Source: Camelus dromedarius | Lineage: Eukaryota | Reading direction: 5' to 3' | NCBI RefSeq assembly: GCF_036321535.1 | Contig: NC_087437.1 | Coordinates: 51,338,001 to 51,402,000 of the forward strand | DNA: 64,000 nt | Shown: positions 39,763 through 58,943 of the stretch, piece after piece | Position numbering within the stretch: position 1 is the first letter of the stretch | Layout: each line of letters starts with the position of its first letter | The notes under the pieces: generated by a model | Database searches by the model: none | What the model was told of the DNA's origin: nothing | Seen by the model: only the letters and a program-made list of their open reading frames with translations | Position numbers and translations under genes: made by a program

Positions 39763-40647
39763 AAAATCTATTAGAATAAATGAGTTTAGCAATATTGTAG
39801 GATACAAGATCAATATACAAAAATCATTGTATGTATATATGTTAGCAATAAACAACCTGAAAATAAAATTTAAATAAAAATAAAATTTAACTTAACCAAA
39901 CAAGTGTAAGAATTGTACCTTGAAAACTATAAAATATTGTTGAAAAATTAAAGAGGATCTAAATAAATGAAAAGATATATTTTCAAGATTTGGAAAAACT
40001 TAATATTGTGAAGTCGGTAATATTTCCCAAATTGATCAACAGATTCAGCACAATCCATGTCAAAATCCTAGCTGTATTTTTTGCAGAAATTGAGAAGATG
40101 ATCATAAAATTTACATGGAAATGCAAGAGACTCAGAATAGCCAAAATAATTATGAAAGAGAAGAACACAGTTGGTGGACTCACACTTTCTGATTTCAAAA
40201 CTTACTACACACTACAATAATTAAGATAATATGGTACTAATAGAAGGATAAACATGCAGCTCAGTGAAATAGAATTGAGAGTTCATAAATAAACCCTAAC
40301 ATTTATAACCAATTTTTACAAATGGACTGAGACAATTCAGTAGAGAAAAGAATCTTTTTTTTTTCAGCAAATGGTGATGGGACAACCAGATATCAACATT
40401 CAAAAAAATAACTTTGGATCGCTACTTCACACAATACACAAAAATTAACTCAAAGTAGATCATAGACCTAGATATAAGAGCTAAAACACTTAGAAGAAAA
40501 TATAGGAGTAAAGCTTCATGATCTTGGGTTTCTTAGATATAACACAAAAAGCACAAGTGATAAAAGACAAGACAGATAAATTGGACTTCATAAAAATTAA
40601 AAACTTTTCTACTTTAACGGAGCCATCAAGAAAGTGGGGTGGGGGGA

Positions 40648-41144
40648 CCTCTCCCTTGGCACTACCTACAGAAGTGGCAGTCATCTCCTACTTGGGGAGC
40701 CCAGGATCATCAAAAAGAGGACCAAGAGGTTCATCTGGCACCAGTCAGACTGATACATCAAAATTAAGTGGAACTGGCAGAAAGCCAGTGGCATTGACAA
40801 TAGGGTGCACAGTAGATTCGAGGGCCAGATCTTGACACCCAACATCAGTTATGGGAGCAACAAGATAACAAGGCACATGCTTCCCGGCGGCTTCCAGAAG
40901 TTCCTGGTGCACAAGGTCAAGGATCTAGAAGTGCTGCTGATGTGCAACAAATCTTACTGTGTTGAGATTGCTCACAATGTCTCTCCAAAAACAGCAAAGC
41001 CATTGTTGAAAGAGCAGCCCAGCTGGCCATCAGAGTCACCAATTCCTAATGCCATGCTGCGCAGCAAAGAAAATGAATAGACAGCTCCTGTGCACATTGC
41101 ATTTGTGTTAATAAAACCATGAAACTCAGCAAAAAAAAAAAAAA
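40648..41144 (+). pseudogene. RPL32: Processed pseudogene of 60S ribosomal protein L32
   Basis: Intronless; [73 protein letters not shown] region deleted, TGA at 40751, frameshift near 40980, AATAAA 41110-41115, poly(A) 41131-41144, degenerate TSD AAGAAAGTG/AAGGAGGTG. Confidence 0.93.
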
Positions 41145-41281
41145 GGAGGTGCAGAAGCCAACAGACTGGAATAAAATATTTGAAGGTCATATATCTGATA
41201 AAGGGCTTGTATCCAGAAAACACAAAGAACTCTTACAACTCAACAATAAGTAGATAAATAACCAATTTAAAAATGAGTAAA

Positions 41282-41877
41282 GAGCACTATATACAATAGC
41301 CAAGACATGGAAACAATCTAAATGTCCATCAACAGAGAACTGGATAAAGAAGTTACGGTATATTTATACAATGGAATACTACACAGCCATAAAAAATAAA
41401 ATAATGTCATTTGCAGCAACATGGATGGACCTGGAGATCATCATCCAAAGTGAAGTAAGCCAGAAAGAGAAATGAAAAAACCCATATGACAGCACTTATA
41501 TGTGGAATCTAAAAAAAGAAAAAGAAGACACTAATGAACTCATCTATAAAACAGAAACAAACTCACAGACATAGTAAGCAATCTTATGGTTACTAGGGGG
41601 AAAGAGGGTTGGAAGGGATACATTTGGGAGTTTGAGATTTGCAAGTATTAACTACTACATATAAAAATAGGTAAAAAGCAAATATATTCTGTATAACACA
41701 GGGAACTATATTCAATATCTTGTAATAACCTTTTATGAAAACAAATATATGTATGTATATGTATGACTGGGACATTATGCTGTACACCAGCGATTGACAC
41801 ATTATAATTGACTATACTTCAATAAATAAATATATATATATATATATATTTGTGTGTGTGTGTGTATATATATATAT
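41282..41877 (+). mobile_element. Younger L1 3' end nested in the older L1
   Basis: L1 3'UTR signature (ATGGAATACTAC...ATTGACTATACTTCAATAAA), (TA)n(TG)n tail, TSD AAAATGAGTAAA / AAAATAAGTAAA. Confidence 0.8.
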
Positions 41878-44800
41878 AAAATAAGTAAAAAATTAAAAGG
41901 AGAAAAGAATTTGAATGGACATTTCACCAAAGAAGATACAATAACAGTGACCAATAAGCACATGAAAAGATGTTCAACATTTAGTCATTAGGAGAATGCA
42001 AATCAAAACCACAATGAGACACCACATCACACTCATGAGGAGGGCTCTGATCAAAAAGACAGATAATAACAAATGTGAGGACATGGAGAAATTGGCACCC
42101 TCATATGCTGCTGATGGGAAAGTAAAATGGTGTAGCCTTTCTGGAAAATAATTTGACAGTTCCTCAAAATGTTAAACATAGAGTCACCATATGACCCAAC
42201 AATTCTACTCCAAGTTATATGCCCAAGATAAATGAAAACATATGTCCCCACAAGACTTTTACACAAATGTTCATAGCAGCATTATCCTTAATAACCAAGA
42301 AATGGAAAAAAAAACCTCCATTGATGATGAATAAGCAAAATGTGGTTTATACATATGATGGACTATACTTTGGTCATAAAAAAGAATGAAGTACTGATAC
42401 GTGCCACAACATAGATGAACTTTGAAAACTTTCTGTAAATGAAAGACACAAAGGACTACACTGTATCATATCATTTTAATGAAATGTCCACAATAGGCAC
42501 ATTCATAGATAGAAAGTAGATTGGTAGCAGCCTAGAGCTAGTGGTGGGCTGGGAGGAATGGGGAGTGCCTGATAATGGATACAAGCTTTCTTTATGGGAT
42601 GATGAAAATGTATTAAAATTAGATTAGGGTAACAGTTGCACATCTTTGTAAATATACTAAAAACATTGAATTCTATACCTTAAATGAGTGAACTATATGG
42701 TTTGTAAATTACATGTTTAGGGAAATGGCAGGTGTCCACTCTCGAACTTCTAGAATTGTTTCTCGGTGCTGGCAGCCTTAGTGACCTCAAGCATGTTGAA
42801 GGGCACAGATGAAATAAGATTGTCTATAAATTGATCACTGGTGATGGATATCTAGGATTCATTATACTATTTTCTCAACTTTTGTACATGTTTAACTTTT
42901 TCATTATAAAAATTTTTTTTCCACTATTTGTTTCTTTCTCTTTGCCTCGTTTCTGTTACAAACCCTAATCTCTTCTCAAACAGATGCAGGCCTCAAACCA
43001 ACCATGATGATGTCATATATTCAGAAAGATAAAGCAAAAAGCATATTACTGGCTCTCAAAATACTACCTAAAATTAAAATAGTATTATTGTCACAAAATT
43101 TAAGACAGTGATTCTCAATTTGGGGGTTATGGACCCAGGGAACCAACCCATGGGGGAGTTGGTGTTTACACAAGTACTCCAAGTATTGTCTAAAGATGGA
43201 ATAAACAACATTATATATATTAAGAGGTATGTATATATACACATATATACATATACATAACTATTTTAGAGGTGTGTTTTTAATTTCCAAATATATGGAG
43301 TTTTTGTAATTATCTTTCCTTTTTTGATTTCTAACTTAATTACACAGGGGGTGAGAAATTATGTTTTGTGTCAATGCATGTCAAACATTAATGTGCTAGT
43401 GAATCCCCTGGGGATCTTGTCAAAATGCAGATTCTGACTCAGGGTGACTGAAACAGGGCCTGAGCTTCCACATTTCCAACAGGCTTTCAAGGGCTACTGC
43501 TGCTGCTCTGCGGACCAAGCTATTCAAGGGGTCTATAGACACCAATTCCCTGTAATCTGTTGAGATTTGCTTTATATATAGTTAATGTTCACAAATATTC
43601 CACAGGCATTTGGAAGTAAGGCATATTACCTAATTATTGAGTGCAGTGTTCTACATAAATTCATTAGATCAACATGGTTAATTGCGATAGTCAAGTTTTC
43701 TGAATCCTGTTCATTTATCTGCTTGATCTACCAAATACTGAGAGAAATATAAATCTCTTACTCTGACAGTGGATTTGTCCATTTTTTTCTTACAGTTTTG
43801 TAAAGTTTTACTTCATGCATTTTAAAACTGTATTTTTAGGTGCACAGAATTGGAAATATTTTATCTTCTTGATGAATTAAAGTTCTATCATTATAAGATT
43901 CCCACTTCAATTTCTAGTACAACTTACCAACCGATTTATTTTGGACAACATTTGCCATCTTTTTACTTTCAACTTTTCTGAGTCTTATGTCTTAAATATT
44001 TCACTTGTAAACAGTATGCTACTCAATTTTATTTCTTGGTCCAGTTTTCATATGAATAATTAAAAAGGTCTTAGAATGTTTTAACTCTGATCACCTCCTT
44101 CCTGACTTACATGTACAAGTAATTTGCACTTTCTTTTTTGACACCCCCGCAAGTTTAGACATTAATATTATTTTATAGCAATATTTGTTTAGATTTACCC
44201 ACAGATTTACAATTTTCTGTACTAGATCTTCCACCTTGCAGCTAAGACTTTTGTTCTGGAATTTTCTCCTTCTGCTTGAGAAATATTTTTTAACAGTACT
44301 GTTCAATCTGCTGTCCAAAATGGTGGGAACTTTCTGTATCTGCACTGTCCAATATGCTAGTCACTAGCCACACGTGACTGCTGAGCACTTGAAATGTGGC
44401 AAATGTGATTGCATAAATGAATTTTAAATTTTATATAATTTTTATTTTAATAGTTATATATGGCTATTGGCTGCCGCACTAGACAGGGTAACATTAGTTC
44501 TTTAGTCAAGATTTTTTCATGATCAATTGTCTCCATTTTTGTTGATCTGAAACTGTATTTATTTCTTCTTCTTGAAAGATAATTTCTCTAACTAGACAAT
44601 TCTAGGTTGACACACTTTTCCTACAATTTCTGCTCATCTGGACTCAAAACTGATGTTCAGACTGGCTTGCTTGACCATACCTTTTTTTTTTCTCTTGGCA
44701 ATGCTATCTAGGAACCCTATTGGCTCTCCATCCAGCCTGAAAAGTCTGACAAATGGGAAGCAGGTTGCTGCCCAGCAAAGACCTCTAGGGGGTAGTGTTG

Positions 44801-45499
44801 CCTAACTCCATAAGCCACCCTCCAGTATTCATCAGCATCTAGCCAAAGTAGTGTTTTATGTATGCCAGCCGCTTTTTTTTTTTTCTTTTTTTCCACCCTT
44901 CTTCTAGTCCCCTAAGTTTTTAAGTGAAGGTTCTTTTGAGTAATCCCAACCTGTTTCAACTGAGCTATGGAAAAAGTTTAAAGGACTTTTTCCCTCAACT
45001 CTCAGCCTGGAAAACAAAGAGGATTGTCATACCTCTGGAGACTAAGTATCACCTCTGGAGGTGATAGCGAGGACTCCAGGGAGAGGAAGAAGAAACAGAG
45101 AACAGAGGAGAACTCAGAACTTTATTTCTTCCATCATTTTCTAGCAAGCTAGGACATGAACAGTAAAAACTTCAGCTATCCAATAGCATATTAAAAATCT
45201 TCAACTTTTAGAACAATAACTCCAGACCTAAAAGTGACTAAAAAAATAAAACACTCATGGTAGTGAATAATTGGCTCTGATCACTAAGCTGAGAAGCACA
45301 AAAGGCCCTATGATTTACGCTCAAAGTGCTCCAATCCATCAGTTTGATGCATACAAAACCAGAGCCCTGACTATTTAGCAATGCCTAGAAAAGGCCAGTT
45401 CTTGTACATGTATCAAGGGTGCCCTGAAGGGGACATATCACATCATTATTTTGACATCTTTACAGGTAGAACCTGTAGGAAAGGGAAAAAGTGCCATTT

Positions 45500-46620
45500 A
45501 AAAGTTAGTGGAAAACAGAGGGAAAGCCTTATGACACTGGATTTGGCAATGATTTCTTGGATACAGCACCAAAAGTACAGGCAACAAAAGAAACAATAGA
45601 CAAATTGGACTTCATCAAAATTTAAAACATTGGTACATCAAAGGGTACTACCAAAAGAGTAAAAAACAACCTACAAAATTGGGGAAAATATTTGCAAACC
45701 ATGTATCTGATAAGGGATTGATATTCAGAATATATGAAGAACTCCTACAATTCAACAACAACAACAAAACTAGTTTTAAAAAGGGCAAATGACTTGAATA
45801 GACATTTCTCAAAAGAAGATATACAAATAGTCAATAAGCACATGAAAAGATGTTCAACATTACTAGTCATCAGATAAATGCAAATGAAAACCACAAGAGA
45901 TACCACTTCACACCTATTAAGATGGACATTATAAAATTTAAAAATTTTTAAAGAAATAACATGTGTTGGTGAGGATATGGAGAGATTGGAACCCTTGTGC
46001 ACTGTTGGTGGCAATGTAAAGTGAAGAATAGTGGTTCTTCAAAAAATTAAACCATGGGATCCAGCAATTCTATTTCTGGATATATAACCCCCAAAAAGTA
46101 AAAGCAGGGACTTAGATATTTATACACTCATATCCATAGCAGCATTATTCACAACAGCTAAAACATGGAAGCAACCCAAGTGTCAGCTAACAGAAGAATG
46201 GATAAGCAAAATGTGGTATATACATACAATGGAATATTATTCAGCCTTAAAAAGGAAGGAAATTCTGACATGCTACAACCTGGATGAAACTTGAGGATGT
46301 TATACTAAGTGAAATAAACCAGTCACAAAAGAACAAATATTATATGATTCTACTTAAATGAGGTACTTAGAGCAGTGAACATCATGTAGACAGTAGGATG
46401 GTGGTTGCCAGGCCAAGAGGAGAAGAGAATGGAAAGTTACTGTTTAATGGATACAGAGCTTCTGTTCTGCAACATGAGAAGAGTTCCATGGATGGATGGT
46501 GGTGATGGTAGCACAACAATGTGAAGGTACTTAAAACCACTGAACCATACACATAAAATGATTAAGATGGTAGATTTTATGTTATGTGTATTTCACCACA
46601 ATTAAAAAACAAAACAAAAA
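45500..46620 (+). mobile_element. L1 3' fragment (ORF2 end plus 3'UTR)
   Basis: KLDFIKI remnant and L1MA/MB-type 3'UTR. Confidence 0.8.
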
Positions 46621-47250
46621 AACATAAGCCTCAGCTTGGAGGAGCCAGAAATTACTTTTACTTATTTGTCTAAAGTTGGTGAGACTCTCACTTACTGGCT
46701 AGCAGCAACCAGTCATTCATTCAGCAAATATTTACTGAGCATGTGCCATATGCTAGGTACTCCTCTAGACACCTGGGATACAGCAGTGAATAAAACAGAA
46801 AGCCTAATTTTCACAGAGCTTACATTCTAAATTGATTGATATTCAAGACTCATTTCAAAACCTTAATGGAGATATATTAATTTGCAAAAAGAACCAGAAC
46901 TGACTGTTAACCTAAGAAATACATGCAGTCTTTTAACACATAAAAATACGTTCAACTTCACTCAAACTAAAGAAATGCAAATTAAAACGACACTTTGTTC
47001 CCCTATAGATTGACAGAAGGTCCAAACTGTTGAAAACACTCTGTAAGGCGGTAGGGGAACACACACTCACACATCGCCACTGTCAGGGCAAAATGGCACA
47101 TTTTCCATGCATAGCCATTAAGAAATATAACACCATGAACAATTAAGCATCAGCCAGCTTCCCAGTGCGTTCAACAACAGCATATCCCCTGCCATGGGAA
47201 TTGAATTCAATTTGAACCTGTCACTCTCCTTTAAGAACAAATTCTAAGAA

Positions 47251-47412
47251 GAGGGGAGGGTGTAGCTCAGTGGTAGAGTGTGTGCTTAGCATGCATGAGG
47301 TCCTGGGTTCAATCCCCAGTGCCTCCATTAAAAATAAATAAATAAATAAACTCAATTACCTACCTCCCCAAAATGAAACAAACAAACAAAAATAAATGTA
47401 AAAAAAAAAAAG
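47251..47412 (+). mobile_element. tRNA-derived SINE (Vic-1-like)
   Basis: Perfect TSD AGAACAAATTCTAAGAA 47234-47250 / 47413-47429; intact A and B boxes. Confidence 0.9.
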
Positions 47413-48189
47413 AGAACAAATTCTAAGAAATAAATGAAAATTTATAAAGACATCAATGGGAGGGTGCTTGTTGCAGCATATTTGAAATAGCAAAAACTGC
47501 AAAAAGAAATCTGAATGTTTATCAGTCAAGAAATAGTTGGATAAATAATGGTATGTTCTTACTACAGAATGTTATGGAATCATTGAAAATAGCTAGATTT
47601 ATCAACATTCCACCATATATTGAATAAAAAGTTGCAGACAAAAAATGCATCATCATAATAATAGCTAATACTTAAATTGCATTGACACTGCATCAAACAG
47701 TGTTCTAAGAGTTTTTCATATAGTATCTCATTCGATCCTCACAACAACCCTATGAGGTAAGCAGTGTTATTATCCCATTTCAAATATGAGGATATCCAGG
47801 CATAGAGAGATTGAGTAACCTGCCCAAGATTAACTAGCTAGAGCCTAGAATGGAATCCAGGCACACTGGCTCTGGGGAACCAGCATATAATTATATAGTA
47901 TCTTGTCTCTAAACACAATTCTGTGTTTGAGTATATGTGAATACAAATGCATAAATATATGTTTGAATACATAAATATGGTATATGTGAGTTTAGGCATA
48001 TATCACTACACCTATATACATAAGGTTAGCAGGGAAATAGAAAGAATACCCAGTAAATGATTAATAATGGTTATACCTCTGGGTGCTGGGTGGAATGAGA
48101 GAAGTAGGGGAAAGAATTTTTACTGTGTTATATAGTTTGTGTGCCTGTGAGGTTTTTGTGGTTTACTAATTTGTGGTTTCCAGAAACTT

Positions 48190-49110
48190 TTTTCCCAATT
48201 TTTCTTCACTGTAGTAAAGTATACATAACATTAAATTTACTATTTTAACAATTTTTAAGTGCACAGTTCAATGGCCTTAAGTACCTTCACATTGTTGTGC
48301 TACCATCACTACCATCCATCCACAGAACTCTTCATGTTGTGAAACTGAAACTCTACTTCCATTAAACAATAACTCTCCATTTTCTCCTCCTTCCCACAGC
48401 CGTTGGCAACCATCATTCTGTTTACATGATTTTGACTACTCCAAATATCTCATGTAAATGGAATTCTATAGTACTTGTCTTCTTGTGACTGACTTATTTC
48501 ACTTAGCATAATGTCCTCAAATTTCATCCATGTTGTAGCATATGTCAGAATTTCCTTGCTTTTTAAGACTGAGTTATATTCCATTATGTATGTATCATAT
48601 TTTCCTTATCCATTCATCTGTTAATGGACACTGGAGTTGCTTACATGTTTTAACTATGGTGAATAATGCTGCTATGAACATGGGTGAATACCTATCTGTT
48701 TGGACCCCTGCTTTCACTTTTGGGGGGTTAATATTCAGATGCAGAATTGCTGGATCACATAGTAATTCTATATTTCATTTTTGAAGAACTACCATACTGT
48801 TTTTCACAGCACCTGTACCATTTTACATTCCCATCAACAGGGCACAAGGGTTCCCATTTCTTCATATCCTCACTAATGTTTATTTTCTGTTTTTTGTTTC
48901 TTGCTTTGTTTTGGGGTTTTTTGTTGTTATTGCTGTTTATTTTGATAGCAGCCATCGTAACGACTGTGAGGTGATATTTCGTTGTACTCTTGATCTGCAC
49001 TTCCCTAAGCACCTTTCTTGTGCTTTTTGGTCATTTGTGTATCTTCTTTTGAGAAATGTCTATTCAAATCCTTTGCCTATTTTTGTTTCCTTGTTGCTGT
49101 TGTTGGTTTG
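48190..49110 (-). mobile_element. L1 3' fragment, antisense
   Basis: Reverse complement of an L1 3'UTR. Confidence 0.78.
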
Positions 49111-50728
49111 AGTAAGTTTTGAAACAAAACAAACAAAAATTAACAGCAGGTTTAGAAGGATTCTCCCTAAGACCCATCCATCAAAACCTTAGTGGATTTA
49201 CCACTCACACTTTCCCAGCTGTCAGGAGTCATTTAAAATTTTTACAATTGGATCTACTTTCTATATCCTCATCACACTCCCAAGCCACCCCCTTTTGTGT
49301 GTGCTCGCTCAAATTACTAGTCTTGTTTACTCACCCCTCTTTTCTCTTTCTTCCTGTGGATTTGTAGGGCAGTCCAACATCATCTTCTACAATGTACATT
49401 CACTTAATTGAAAACTTTTACTGAGTTGCTGTCTTCTTTTCCTTCTCCAGTCTAAATTTTCGAAAATTCTTTAAAATTGGTTTTCGCTCTGGTAGAGGGA
49501 AGAAATGACAGACTCCTCAGACAGACTCCTCAGAGAGGAGGGCGCCTGAGTGCCACGGGTCAAGCTGCAACCGCCACGTGGAAACATCAAACCCCAGCCT
49601 TTTCAACTCCAAATCCCGACATGCAACGCGGCCACGGGTGGGAACAACTTTTGCAGAAACGTTGTGGGACCCAGCAAATGGTGGAATTCGGACTGTTCTC
49701 ATGCAGAAGAGTGTAATGCCTTGCTGGAAAGTCCGCATGGTCGCTCACTTTCACAAACCTGGCTAACCCGCTGCAAGCTCTGTCTCTTTCCCCAGAAGGT
49801 GCTGTGCCTCTCAAGACTCAGCCCTTTGCTCTCCAAGTCCCTTCTGCCTGGAAAGCTTGCGGTTTACCTCCAGTCCTACTCAACTTTATAGTGTTCTTGG
49901 ATCCACCCCTATTTCCACCCTGGATTAAGACACAAAGTAGAGCTTCAATAAATGCTGATAGGCCAAAAGGATAAACGAAGATATAAAATAGTATAAATTC
50001 TTATCCACACACAACTTGGCAGAAAGGTTGTGGAGCTATGACGTCATACAGATCGGGTTCCAATACCAGTTCTTCCACTTACTAGCTGGGTGAACTTCAC
50101 CCCAGTGAGAGTTAAAGAAATGCCTATTGAACGAATGAATAAGACGTTCCAGCAGAGATGTGTGACTAATTAAAAGAGATAATGCTTGTATCGTTCCTGG
50201 CCACAATCAGCATTCAGCAGAATTACTACTCTCCTTGTTCCACGTTCTCTATTATCTAGACTGCGAGTGCCCTGAGGGAAAGGAATGTCTGACTCCCCAA
50301 GGTGCCGAGGTGAAGAGAATGAAGACGGAGGACCACAACGTTTAACGTGCTTGAGGCGGGGAAGATTATATATCCAGAAAGGATCTCGCCGCTTCGTAGA
50401 GACCACAAGTCTCTTTATCCCACAAGAGTCTGAGCTTGCTCACGTACAAATGACGGCTGGCTATACTTGCAGATGGAGTCTGCAATCCATAGGACGCCAT
50501 CACCCAGGCGCCTCGACAGGCCATCACCCCAGGCTGCTGGGTTAGCACGCCCAGCTCTTTCCTGCTCACACCTCAGGCGCTCAGGGGAGACGCATGCGCA
50601 CTCCTCTCTCCTCGGCTCCACCCGCCCTCCCTTCGCTAGTCTTTCGCGTTTCGAGTGCTGGGCCTTTTTGTCCACTACCGCGTGCGGTGTCAGTTTCCGT
50701 GCGGAAGTGGTGGTCGTGAGAGAAGAAG

Positions 50729-58593
<7,865 letters not shown>

Positions 58594-58937
58594 AGTTACA
58601 CTGCCTGCTCCTGTGGGTGTGGTTGATTGCCCTCCTGGTTTCTGGGCCAGGGCAAGTGAGAGGCCAGTTGCAGAGGGATGAGTGCCACCATGAGCTGAGA
58701 CTTAAAGGAGCAGAGGCTGGAACTACAGTATTCTTCCCACCGCCAGCAACCATGTGCCTGCCATCCATACTGGGGAGTTGGGATGAGGGAAGTTGGGCTG
58801 GGTAACAGCTCTGTCTAAGGAGGAGCTAGGCAGGCCCTGCAGTTAGAGGAAGGCCAGAGGAACAGCTCTGTGCTCTGGTTTCCCCACAGGAAACAGCGGA
58901 GAGCAGCTGGCCCTCTCTGATGCCTGTATTTGTTGAT

Positions 58938-58943
58938 ATTAAA
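58938..58943 (+). terminator. Probable EIF2B5 polyadenylation signal
   Basis: ATTAAA about 345 nt after the stop, T-rich downstream element. Confidence 0.55.

Larger units (their letters stand above)
38720..42720 (+). mobile_element. 5'-truncated older LINE-1 (RT half of ORF2 plus 3'UTR) with three nested insertions
   Basis: ORF2 remnants MIISIGADKAFDK, GTRQRCPFSSLLFN, GGLTLSDFKTYY, KLDFIKIKNF; L1M-type 3'UTR. Confidence 0.88.

Noticed and set aside
40805..41080. Functional RPL32 gene
   Set aside because: No introns, ATG deleted, premature stop, frameshift, poly(A) tail.
47251..47330. tRNA gene (A and B boxes present)
   Set aside because: Six diverged copies with A-rich tails and TSDs indicate SINEs, not tRNA genes.
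50496..50535. Short direct repeat GCCATCACCC(C)AGGC x2 in the EIF2B5 promoter
   Set aside because: Only two short copies; no supportable function.
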